A stretch of DNA of 51,512 nucleotides from a virus. Taxonomy: Duplodnaviria > Caudoviricetes. The stretch's first letter is position 1; every line of letters starts with the position of its first letter. Of this stretch, positions 1 through 7,728 are shown one piece after another. Position numbers and translations under genes: made by a program. The stretch lies in the IMG/VR virus record IMGVR_UViG_3300006918_000003, positions 1 to 51,512 of that record, one strand, 5' to 3'. The notes under the pieces are model-generated. The model saw only the letters and a list, made by a program, of their open reading frames with translations, was not told the DNA's origin and did no database searches.

Positions 1-66
1 GTCAGAGTGTGGCTAGTGGGTTACTTAACCCATATTATTATTAACTTATACTAAGGAGTATAGATC

Positions 67-684
67 ATGGCTACTAAAGACAAAACTGTTGAGGTCAAAG
101 GCGTAACGATCATTGCCGATAAAGTATTTGACGCCACGTTGAAAAGGATCAGCAAGAACGCAGAGGATTTGTCGCAAGACTTGCATATTGCTGGTCTCTA
201 TTGCATCAATCAAGCCAATCAATTCAACAATGCTGATAAAGCGCAACGTTTAATTGAGGCGATTGGTAACAAACAAGATATTCGCCGTGTAGCAAGATGG
301 ATGCAAACGTTTGGCAAAATCGGCGTGAAGAATAATCTTCTTGTCTTTAAGAAGAGGAAAGACATTACGCCAGCCAACGCGGATGGATGGTTGAAAAAGG
401 CAGATGCTACTCCCTATTGGGAATTGACACCACAGCCTAAGTTAGAAGTAACATTTGACTATCTGGCAATGCTGAATTCCATTCTGAATAGGGCAGCTAA
501 CAAGCCCAAATTGGAAGAGGAAGGGAAGACGGTTCATGAAAAAAATGTAGCGGTATTGGAGGAAATCAAGGGAATTATTCTTGCCCACACTCCAAAAGAG
601 GATCAAGACGAGATAAAGGAAAAAGCCGCGAACATTGCAAATCGCACCAAGTCTTTCACTGAACCGGCGGCAATGCGTCAATAA
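67..684 (+). CDS. Early hypothetical protein (205 aa), first gene of the early arm
   Basis: Long ORF with strong RBS (TAAGGAG, 52-58). It loosely resembles conserved early proteins of podoviruses; function unknown. Confidence 0.75.
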   Translation: MATKDKTVEVKGVTIIADKVFDATLKRISKNAEDLSQDLHIAGLYCINQANQFNNADKAQRLIEAIGNKQDIRRVARWMQTFGKIGVKNNLLVFKKRKDITPANADGWLKKADATPYWELTPQPKLEVTFDYLAMLNSILNRAANKPKLEEEGKTVHEKNVAVLEEIKGIILAHTPKEDQDEIKEKAANIANRTKSFTEPAAMRQ

Positions 685-689
685 TCCGG

Positions 690-742
690 TAAGAGTCAAT
701 ACAATAGGGATTCGTAAGAGTCCCTATTAATATGGATTCTTT
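690..742 (+). promoter_or_regulatory. Long hairpin, putative RNase III processing site
   Basis: Inner stem AATAGGGATTC-GTAA-GAGTCCCTATT (one G-U pair, GNRA loop), extended by AAGAGTCAATA/TATGGATTCTT. Intergenic, with no clear U-tract after the inner stem. Confidence 0.6.
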
Positions 743-766
743 AACTAGTAATAAGGAGTTTACTCT

Positions 767-850
767 ATGCTTGAAATTATTCTTATTGGTTTTTCTGGTT
801 TTATACTGGTAGTTATATTCATTATGTTAGTGGATATATTATCCAAGTAA
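767..850 (+). CDS. 27-aa single-pass membrane peptide (not in ORF track)
   Basis: AAGGAG RBS at 753-758; translates MLEIILIGFSGFILVVIFIMLVDILSK. Confidence 0.65.
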   Translation: MLEIILIGFSGFILVVIFIMLVDILSK

Positions 851-875
851 GAGTTTTTTAATAGAGGAGTACAGG

Positions 876-1232
876 ATGGTTATAAAGGTCGGTCAGACGT
901 GGAAGCATAAGACGCTCAACAGATATATTGAAATTGTGGACGGGGGAAATCTCTTTTACTTTGATGGAAAAGTAGAGAATAAATTCCTTATAAAATATAA
1001 TGGTATGTTGCATACTGTTAAATATAATCTAATCGAAAACAATTTCCTCTTATTTCAAGAAATGAAAATATCTGCGGGTGTTAAAAAGCATGGGGATACA
1101 TGGGCAGCAGCAGTGTATCCAACCTTAAACTTATTCTTTCAACATATTGAAACCGCACAGCGAGATTATGAAATTATGATTAATCATGGTAAGTGGAAGA
1201 AATGGCTGAAGGAAAAAAATTATAGGAGATAA
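876..1232 (+). CDS. Hypothetical early protein
   Basis: GAGGAG RBS; N-terminal VGQTWKHK motif suggests a small beta-barrel. Confidence 0.7.
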   Translation: MVIKVGQTWKHKTLNRYIEIVDGGNLFYFDGKVENKFLIKYNGMLHTVKYNLIENNFLLFQEMKISAGVKKHGDTWAAAVYPTLNLFFQHIETAQRDYEIMINHGKWKKWLKEKNYRR

Positions 1233-1234
1233 TC

Positions 1235-1450
1235 ATGGCAACAATGGCAGCTAAGGGCCAAATATGGAAATCTTCTCATGGTGTTCCATATGAGGTAAAG
1301 ATATTGGATGTAAACGACGAACATCAAACCATAAAAATTCAATACATCCTTGAAAAAAGGAATCCATGCCTGACAATTTATCTTGATGTTTTTTATGGTT
1401 TTTTTGAATATGTAAAAGACGAAGACAAACCCACTGACGAGCCTCAATAA
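1235..1450 (+). CDS. Hypothetical early protein; 3' end overlaps the hammerhead ribozyme
   Basis: AGGAG RBS; KGQIWKS motif; the stop codon lies in the ribozyme stem II loop. Confidence 0.7.
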   Translation: MATMAAKGQIWKSSHGVPYEVKILDVNDEHQTIKIQYILEKRNPCLTIYLDVFYGFFEYVKDEDKPTDEPQ

Positions 1451-1500
1451 GAGGCGAAACGGCATAACTTGGCGGGTTATGCTGTATGGGTTATTTTATT
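1428..1500 (+). ncRNA. Hammerhead ribozyme, type I
   Basis: Stem I AACCCA(1428-33)/TGGGTT(1487-92); core CTGACGA(1434-40); stem II GCCTC-AATAA-GAGGC(1441-55); GAAA(1456-59); stem III ACGGCATAAC/GTTATGCTGT; cleavage triplet GTA(1484-86). Loop II AATAA is complementary to TTATT(1496-1500). Confidence 0.92.
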
Positions 1501-1525
1501 TAATATTTATTCGGAGCGAATAAAA

Positions 1526-1744
1526 ATGTGTAAAAAAGTATTTGTGCAACATGAGCCACGTTATGACAGAAATAATGACGTTATTGGAGTCTACAAACGT
1601 AGACATGGGCACGTCATACAGGATGTAACACAAGAATATATTCATCGTGATTCTTTCGGACGCCATGTAATCCGCACATCTTCTGGTGATACATGGTCGG
1701 TCATGCCCGTGCACAATGATAAATACCAGTTTGTAACTGTTTAA
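1526..1744 (+). CDS. Hypothetical early protein
   Basis: ATG 1526 with upstream GGAG is preferred; the ORF-track TTG start at 1469 falls inside the ribozyme. Confidence 0.65.
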   Translation: MCKKVFVQHEPRYDRNNDVIGVYKRRHGHVIQDVTQEYIHRDSFGRHVIRTSSGDTWSVMPVHNDKYQFVTV

Positions 1745-1768
1745 TAATCTGAACAGGGACAAATTTCA

Positions 1769-1930
1769 ATGGCACCTCAAGACAAAAAGAATACCGATTC
1801 AGTATTGGAAACAATTTCTATACTTGTACATTCGTCTACATTGACGAATCAGTACAAACTAAAAAGAATAAAAGAAATTGTTGGAACAACAAAGGTAAGA
1901 GTCTTTAACAAACAAGAAAAAGTATCTTAA
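1769..1930 (+). CDS. 53-aa hypothetical protein (not in ORF track)
   Basis: Open frame MAPQDKKNTDSVLETISILVHSS...EKVS fills the gap between neighbours; AGGGA upstream. Confidence 0.5.
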   Translation: MAPQDKKNTDSVLETISILVHSSTLTNQYKLKRIKEIVGTTKVRVFNKQEKVS

Positions 1931-1945
1931 CAAAGGGAGTTGTAA

Positions 1946-2158
1946 ATGTTTCACGCATTTGTTTTCCATCAAGACCCCACTAGCAAAAAATATGTGGCAC
2001 GGAGAACTGGCGCGTCAACACAAGACCTTTCAACTGCAATTAGAATGGTCGAACGTGCCAAGAAAGAGGGATATGTTATTCTCTTAGGCCGAAAGAGACC
2101 TGTATGGAATAATGTAGAAAGAACAACCAAGCAACAATCAGCATTAAGTAATAGATAA
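1946..2158 (+). CDS. Hypothetical early protein
   Basis: GGGAG RBS; 70-aa ORF. Confidence 0.65.
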   Translation: MFHAFVFHQDPTSKKYVARRTGASTQDLSTAIRMVERAKKEGYVILLGRKRPVWNNVERTTKQQSALSNR

Positions 2159-2167
2159 CTCTAACTG

Positions 2168-2239
2168 TTAGTAATATAGAGTTATCAACAAGCATATTAG
2201 AAATAGTATGCTTGCTGGCTAATTTTGGCCTATTACTAA
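2168..2239 (+). promoter_or_regulatory. Long hairpin, putative RNase III processing site
   Basis: Inner stem CAAGCATATT/AGTATGCTTG, middle AGAGTTATCA/TGGCTAATTTT, outer TTAGTAATA/TATTACTAA; intergenic. Confidence 0.55.
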
Positions 2240-2251
2240 TAAGGTTTTAAA

Positions 2252-2437
2252 ATGAAAGTGTTACAAGTCAAGGGAACAAATCTCATTGATGTTTTTATTG
2301 GAGAGGGTTGGTACGGGCACAGCCGTTACCGGAAAGTGGTAAGCAAGGTAACAAAGAAGATCATCTATGTTTATGTTAGTGGTACAAAACTAAACATGTT
2401 TCAATTGAAAGAACTGTACACGAAGGTTAAGAAATGA
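2252..2437 (+). CDS. Hypothetical protein
   Basis: TAAGG RBS; 61-aa ORF coupled to the next gene by ATGA overlap. Confidence 0.65.
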   Translation: MKVLQVKGTNLIDVFIGEGWYGHSRYRKVVSKVTKKIIYVYVSGTKLNMFQLKELYTKVKK

Positions 2438-2649
2438 GAGTAGATTTACCTTTGCCCCCTAAGCCTACCCATTTTATGATTGGAAAGGTTTATCGGCACC
2501 GTGTTTCACATAGAGTTTATCTTCGTACAAATGATGGTAGTCTCGTTGACCTTGAGACAGGGTATATATTCATTTGTTCTACATCAGATCACAATATGGA
2601 TAATTATGAAGATGTAACAGATCAAGTAGTATTGACCAATTCAAAATAA
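2434..2649 (+). CDS. Hypothetical protein, apparent paralogue of 3280-3525
   Basis: Shares GxVY...Y...G...(E/K)DVT pattern with 3280-3525. Confidence 0.65.
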   Translation: MRVDLPLPPKPTHFMIGKVYRHRVSHRVYLRTNDGSLVDLETGYIFICSTSDHNMDNYEDVTDQVVLTNSK

Positions 2650-2656
2650 GGATAAC

Positions 2657-3283
2657 ATGAAACACAATCCATATGAGTTTTATGACTCATCATGTACTGA
2701 TCGCGGATTTGATGATTATCTCCTATTAGGCGGTGGTACGGATATAAATCCTGCCATCTATGGAGAGAAAGATCATGGATATTGCCAACACCCGCACAAG
2801 ACCCGCGACACAGTCAATATAAAAATGATTAATAAATACGTAGAGATGGGGAAACCTATCTTTGGTATTTGTCGTGGGTTTCAACTGCTTGATGCTGTTT
2901 TTGGCGGTAAGTTGATTCAGCATACAGTCGGTCATACGTCATATGCAAAGGTGTATGTAATTAATGATGAATCTGAACCAATTCCATTTGGTCATCCAGA
3001 AGTATTTATGTCATATGATAATTGTCGTAGTTGCCATCATCAAATGGTGGACTTAGATCATACCAACGGGAAGTTACTTGGTTGGTCTAAATATGAGGTT
3101 TTGTGCTCATTACCGGATGGTGGGGTTGAAGGGAGAAATATTGTCCCTCAAATACTTTATTGGCCTGACAAGAAAGCCCTTGCCGTCCAGTTTCATCCTG
3201 AGTGGCATAAAAAAGATCACCCCATGAATGAACATCTTCGTGGCCTCCTTAAAAACCTTCTTGGATTGGAGAATGTTCTATGA
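2657..3283 (+). CDS. Class I glutamine amidotransferase-like protein (peptidase C26 / gamma-glutamyl hydrolase type)
   Basis: LLGGGTDINP, GICRGFQ nucleophile elbow and QFHPE give the Cys-His-Glu triad. Confidence 0.9.
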   Translation: MKHNPYEFYDSSCTDRGFDDYLLLGGGTDINPAIYGEKDHGYCQHPHKTRDTVNIKMINKYVEMGKPIFGICRGFQLLDAVFGGKLIQHTVGHTSYAKVYVINDESEPIPFGHPEVFMSYDNCRSCHHQMVDLDHTNGKLLGWSKYEVLCSLPDGGVEGRNIVPQILYWPDKKALAVQFHPEWHKKDHPMNEHLRGLLKNLLGLENVL

Positions 3284-3525
3284 AAGTTAAGATAGTAGAT
3301 AAACCAAAAAACTCTCATGTTAACCCCACATTACTAATGGGACATGTTTATCAAAATCTCGATAGCAAAGAATTTTATTTTTCGGGATGTACCTCACATG
3401 GTTTGGTTAAGCATATCGTTTTGTTTCAAATATCCAGCGGCACAAGATGGAACGATGAGGGTGGATTTGGGAACGGTAGGTTCAAAGATGTAACTAGCGA
3501 TGCAACTTTTGTGGTGGAAGTGTAA
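3280..3525 (+). CDS. Hypothetical protein, apparent paralogue of 2434-2649
   Basis: ATGA overlap with upstream gene; GHVYQ...KDVT. Confidence 0.65.
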   Translation: MKVKIVDKPKNSHVNPTLLMGHVYQNLDSKEFYFSGCTSHGLVKHIVLFQISSGTRWNDEGGFGNGRFKDVTSDATFVVEV

Positions 3526-3529
3526 AAAC

Positions 3530-4456
3530 ATGGCACAAATGATTTCAATTGGTACAGATGCAGAAATATTTGCAGTAAATAATATTGGCCGTGCCATCGC
3601 CCTTTGTGGAAAGATTGGTGGCACTAAAGAACAACCCTTGCAAATCAAGGGACTTCCTCAAGGTTTCTGTGTACAGGAAGATAATGTCTCTGTTGAATTC
3701 AATATTCCTCCAGCGGGGAGTCTAATTGACTGGAATAGATACATCAGGGATGCATTAAGGGAAGTAAGTGTCATGTTGCATAGCATGAGGCTTTATTTCT
3801 CAAAGGATGCTGCTATTTCCTTTGGAAAGGATCAGCTTCTACATCCCAATGCATTAGTCTTTGGCTGTGAGCCTGATTACAATGCATGGACAAAGATGGA
3901 AAATGAAAAGCCTCAATGTGATGATCCCACATTACGCACAGCCGGTGGTCATATTCATGTGGGTACACGGGGTAACATGATTCAATGCGTGAACATGATG
4001 GATTTTTATCTTGGAGTTCCGTCGGTCATCCTCGATAACTCTCCCACAAGTGTCCGCCGTCGTAAACTGTACGGTAAAGCAGGGGCCATGAGGCCAAAAC
4101 CTTATGGCTTTGAGTATAGGGTTCTCAGTAATTTCTGGATTTTTACTGAAGAGTTGCGTAAGTGGGTTTATGACAATACAGCCCTTGCAATTGGGAGTGA
4201 GGAGGCCAAACTCTCTGCTACGTTGGCCGCAAAGATACAGCAATGTATTAATGAGGGCGATGTTAATTTAGCTAAGGATATTGTAGCTAAAAATCATATC
4301 CCAATGCCAAATGATGTAGCGAAAAAGCTGGCTGCCCCCAGTTGGGAAAAACATGCAGCTAAGGTAATGTCAACTGGTGCTGGATTCAATATTGATCCTA
4401 TGGACTTGCAAGCATTTCTTACTGGAATAGGTAATCATGACACAAACGGTGCTTGA
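3530..4456 (+). CDS. phiEco32-like COOH.NH2 ligase type 2
   Basis: IGTDAEIF, QEDNVSVEFNIPPA, FGCEPDYNAW, RTAGGHIHVG, LYGKAGAMRPKPYGFEYRVLSNFW. ATG 3530 preferred over 3500. Confidence 0.88.
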   Translation: MAQMISIGTDAEIFAVNNIGRAIALCGKIGGTKEQPLQIKGLPQGFCVQEDNVSVEFNIPPAGSLIDWNRYIRDALREVSVMLHSMRLYFSKDAAISFGKDQLLHPNALVFGCEPDYNAWTKMENEKPQCDDPTLRTAGGHIHVGTRGNMIQCVNMMDFYLGVPSVILDNSPTSVRRRKLYGKAGAMRPKPYGFEYRVLSNFWIFTEELRKWVYDNTALAIGSEEAKLSATLAAKIQQCINEGDVNLAKDIVAKNHIPMPNDVAKKLAAPSWEKHAAKVMSTGAGFNIDPMDLQAFLTGIGNHDTNGA

Positions 4457-5000
4457 TTCATTAGCAGAAACCCTTCATTTAAATCACCCTGCCTTAAGTA
4501 CTCAATTTAAATTAGGTGAATGTCGTCACAAGTTGGAAGGAACATTCATCTTCTTTGACAAAGAACTTATTCAGGTTGTAACCTTGAATAATAATGGGCT
4601 TGAGTTTACAAAAGAAGGGGACAATTCATCTGGTTTCATAGGATTGGGTATTAGGCTTCCACAAGGAAGTAAATTCTCCCTCTTTAATATGGATTCAGGA
4701 GTATATCGATTCAATGGTGTCCCAATCTGCTTCACACGCAGGGCCAAGAAGCAATATAAGAAATCCTTCTATCCTGAAGCATACAATATAACCTCACCTA
4801 GTGGGGATTGGGGTGAGAATACACATTTGAATTTCTATCAACTCCCTAAAATGCAAGAACTCACTTTCTATAGATATGGTGACTCTATCTATTACAGGAG
4901 TTTTTGTATTGCAGATGTTTTTAAGGGGAAGTTAAGAGTAGCAGGGGCATTTAAAAATGAGATTGAGAACGCAATAAGATATGGAATCATTACCATTTAG
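4437..5000 (+). CDS. Hypothetical protein within the ligase cluster
   Basis: 187-aa ORF overlapping both neighbours. Confidence 0.7.
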   Translation: MTQTVLDSLAETLHLNHPALSTQFKLGECRHKLEGTFIFFDKELIQVVTLNNNGLEFTKEGDNSSGFIGLGIRLPQGSKFSLFNMDSGVYRFNGVPICFTRRAKKQYKKSFYPEAYNITSPSGDWGENTHLNFYQLPKMQELTFYRYGDSIYYRSFCIADVFKGKLRVAGAFKNEIENAIRYGIITI

Positions 5001-5841
5001 TAATCGTGTTCTATACCCAAAACTCAAGACTTATGATGGGTTAATGGGTAAAATAAAACTTGCCTCTCCTTTCATTTACCTCGGAGTAGAGGTAGAGGCA
5101 GAGAATGTTAGTCATTTTTACAGTCAATACAGCATCCCCGGATCATGGAGGATAGTAGAGGACGGCTCATTAAAGGTTCATGGATCAGAGTATGTAACTG
5201 TCCCTATTAAATTTAAATATATTGAAATGGAATTGCGTAGATTGTTTGATGCCATACCAAAGGCAGAATTCTCTCCACGTACTTCAATTCATATCCATGT
5301 TAATTCTAGGGACTTCACAGATCAAGAATTATTCAGATTCTTAGTGTTATATCTGATCTTTGAAAGAAATCTGTATAAATTTGCAGGGGATAGATGGTTA
5401 AATAACTTCTGTGTTCCAATCCATAGCTCACCGGGAAATATAGGGACAATACTAAGGCATTGTCATGGAAATGTTCTCTCTAATATTTCTTGGTGCAAAT
5501 ACTATGGCCTTAATCTTCTTCCTTTATTGGGGGAAGAGGGATCAAGTTGCCGGTATGGTACGATTGAGTTCCGTCATATGATAGGGAATAATGACGTAGA
5601 GTACATTATGAATTGGTGTAACCTTATCCTTAGCCTTAAGCTGGCGGCTAAGAGTTGTACCAATGAGTTCTTAATGTCTTCATTATTAATGAATGAAACT
5701 ACGTCACTAGCCTTCATTGACTTGATATTTAAAGACTGGGCTACTCATATAGCATCGATGCCTATGGCATCACAGATGATAGAAGAGTCGTCTTTAGCAA
5801 CTAAGATTTATTTGGCTCAAGCAGGAATACTAAGTAATTAA
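4981..5841 (+). CDS. Putative amidoligase (COOH-NH2 ligase, Amidoligase_2-like)
   Basis: GVEVE, EDGSL, RTSIHIHVN, KYYGLNL and GTIEFRH motifs. Confidence 0.85.
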   Translation: MESLPFSNRVLYPKLKTYDGLMGKIKLASPFIYLGVEVEAENVSHFYSQYSIPGSWRIVEDGSLKVHGSEYVTVPIKFKYIEMELRRLFDAIPKAEFSPRTSIHIHVNSRDFTDQELFRFLVLYLIFERNLYKFAGDRWLNNFCVPIHSSPGNIGTILRHCHGNVLSNISWCKYYGLNLLPLLGEEGSSCRYGTIEFRHMIGNNDVEYIMNWCNLILSLKLAAKSCTNEFLMSSLLMNETTSLAFIDLIFKDWATHIASMPMASQMIEESSLATKIYLAQAGILSN

Positions 5842-5857
5842 GGAATAAAAATATAAA

Positions 5858-7006
5858 ATGTGTGGAATCGTTGGTGTTATCTCGAAGCGTAAGAATGGTT
5901 TGTTCCATTCAGATATTGACATCTTTACTGATCTATTGTTTGCCGATCAACTCCGTGGTGCGCATGGGACAGGGATGTTTTATGATGTAGATGGAGTCGG
6001 TCATGCTTTTAAAGGGCCGATGCCTTCTAGTTCATTCCTTCGGAGTGAGAAGATTGGGCCTGTTTTTAATACAGTGGTACAAAAGTCTAATTTCCTTATT
6101 GGACATAACCGCCACGCAACTAAAGGGGGTGTTAGTTTTGATAGTACACACCCTTTTATTGAAGGTGAAACTGTACTAATTCACAATGGGACTCTACCAA
6201 GCCATAAGCATATAAAAGATGTTGAGGTGGATAGTCATGCCATCTGCCATTCAATCAATGAGATTGGTCACATTGAAACCCTGAAGAAGATTGATGGGGC
6301 CTTCGCATTGGTATGGTTTGATGGAAACACAAAGAAACTCCACTTCATCCGTAATACTGAAAGGCCATTACATATAGTTGAAACCGATGACTTAATTGTA
6401 ATGTCCTCTGAAGCAGGGCTGGTTGAGTGGATATTGAAGAGGAAACTAGTAAATAAGGTGCAACCTACTGTTTCCTGTGAAGTGGGTCATCTTTATACCT
6501 ATGATATCCATACACATCTTCTTTCGAATGAAAAGGTAGAGATTAAGCCCAAGTCTTATACGGGTGGGAAATTTTATGGGGCCAATTGGGATGCATACTT
6601 TCCCGCTGATTCCACAAAGAAAAGGCCTACTACCTATACCCCACCACCTGTTAATAATACTAGGTATCATAGTTCTTATTTTGTTGATGCAAGGGTAGGG
6701 GATACGATTATATTCTCTCCTGTTGATCTTCAACAGAATGGGAAGACATGGGTATTGAGTGGTTTGGGGGATACATTGATCTATAACACTGTGCATGTTG
6801 AACAGATTCAGAAGGAAGTTCAATTGACAGTTAGGTTCTTTAACCCACACGAAGAGCAATTGCGTAATTTATTGGACTATGCCCAATGCCGTGCTCAGAT
6901 TATCCAAATAGTATGGAAGGGTAATAATAAATCTGTAGTAGTTAAAGATGTTCAGCCTGTAATTGAGGGACTTCCAGTACCGACGCCGGTGGCAACTGTT
7001 CAATGA
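5858..7006 (+). CDS. Class II (Ntn) glutamine amidotransferase with C-terminal extension
   Basis: N-terminal MCGIVG nucleophile; RG, GHNRHATKG, HPF, HNG, VDS, DGAFALVW and RNTERPL motifs. Confidence 0.92.
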   Translation: MCGIVGVISKRKNGLFHSDIDIFTDLLFADQLRGAHGTGMFYDVDGVGHAFKGPMPSSSFLRSEKIGPVFNTVVQKSNFLIGHNRHATKGGVSFDSTHPFIEGETVLIHNGTLPSHKHIKDVEVDSHAICHSINEIGHIETLKKIDGAFALVWFDGNTKKLHFIRNTERPLHIVETDDLIVMSSEAGLVEWILKRKLVNKVQPTVSCEVGHLYTYDIHTHLLSNEKVEIKPKSYTGGKFYGANWDAYFPADSTKKRPTTYTPPPVNNTRYHSSYFVDARVGDTIIFSPVDLQQNGKTWVLSGLGDTLIYNTVHVEQIQKEVQLTVRFFNPHEEQLRNLLDYAQCRAQIIQIVWKGNNKSVVVKDVQPVIEGLPVPTPVATVQ

Positions 7007-7728
7007 AAACAATAATTGTATCTCCATTATGTACCGCAGATTCCGCTAAAGACCTAGCCAATAGGTTAGGTATCCAGTGGGTAGAAAAAGCAGATAATAT
7101 AACATGGGGTGACACCTTCCGAGTCATTAATTGGGGGTGTTCTAGACTAAAAGCTGAGAACATTATCCTTAATGATCCCCGTGCAGTTCGCCGAAGTTTG
7201 AATAAGTTACGTACATTTGAACTACTTTCCGATAAAGTTAAGATGCCCACCATGACTCTTGATAAGGAAGAAGCAAAACAATGGGCAATGGATGGACGAA
7301 AGGTGGTAGTTCGTAATAGAGTTAAGGGATGCAAGAGTCAAGGGATTACTATAACTAAGGATACCCATGACATAGCCATTCTCCCTGCTAAATTTTATAC
7401 TCGATTTATTGCAAATTGTACTGAATATCGGGTAAATGTTTATAAGGGTAAGGTACTCACTGTTTATCGTAAGGAACCTTGTGGTAATGATTTTCGATTC
7501 AAGATTCAGCTTGGGCCTCTCATTGAAGCCACATATGATGAGACTTTAAAGGACTTCATCAATAATGTGGATGAGCATATCAAGTTGGATACGTATGGAT
7601 TGGATATGCTTCATACCCCTAAAGGAAAATGGTTTCTATTGGAAGTGAATTCCGCCCCAATATTGTTCCCAATAACATATAAGAGATTAGCTAAAGCAAT
7701 CAAACAGGATTTATTTGAAAATGAGTGA
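7003..7728 (+). CDS. ATP-grasp ligase (RimK-like)
   Basis: NKLRTF, EYRVNV, YGLDML and LLEVNSAP motifs. Confidence 0.85.
   Translation: MKTIIVSPLCTADSAKDLANRLGIQWVEKADNITWGDTFRVINWGCSRLKAENIILNDPRAVRRSLNKLRTFELLSDKVKMPTMTLDKEEAKQWAMDGRKVVVRNRVKGCKSQGITITKDTHDIAILPAKFYTRFIANCTEYRVNVYKGKVLTVYRKEPCGNDFRFKIQLGPLIEATYDETLKDFINNVDEHIKLDTYGLDMLHTPKGKWFLLEVNSAPILFPITYKRLAKAIKQDLFENE

Noticed and set aside
1459-1500. Hairpin plus T-rich tract read as an intrinsic terminator
   Set aside because: The T-rich tract is separated from the stem by ATGGG, and the hairpin is better explained as hammerhead stem III.
1469-1525. ORF-track N-terminal extension from TTG 1469
   Set aside because: Starts inside the ribozyme with no RBS; ATG 1526 has GGAG upstream.
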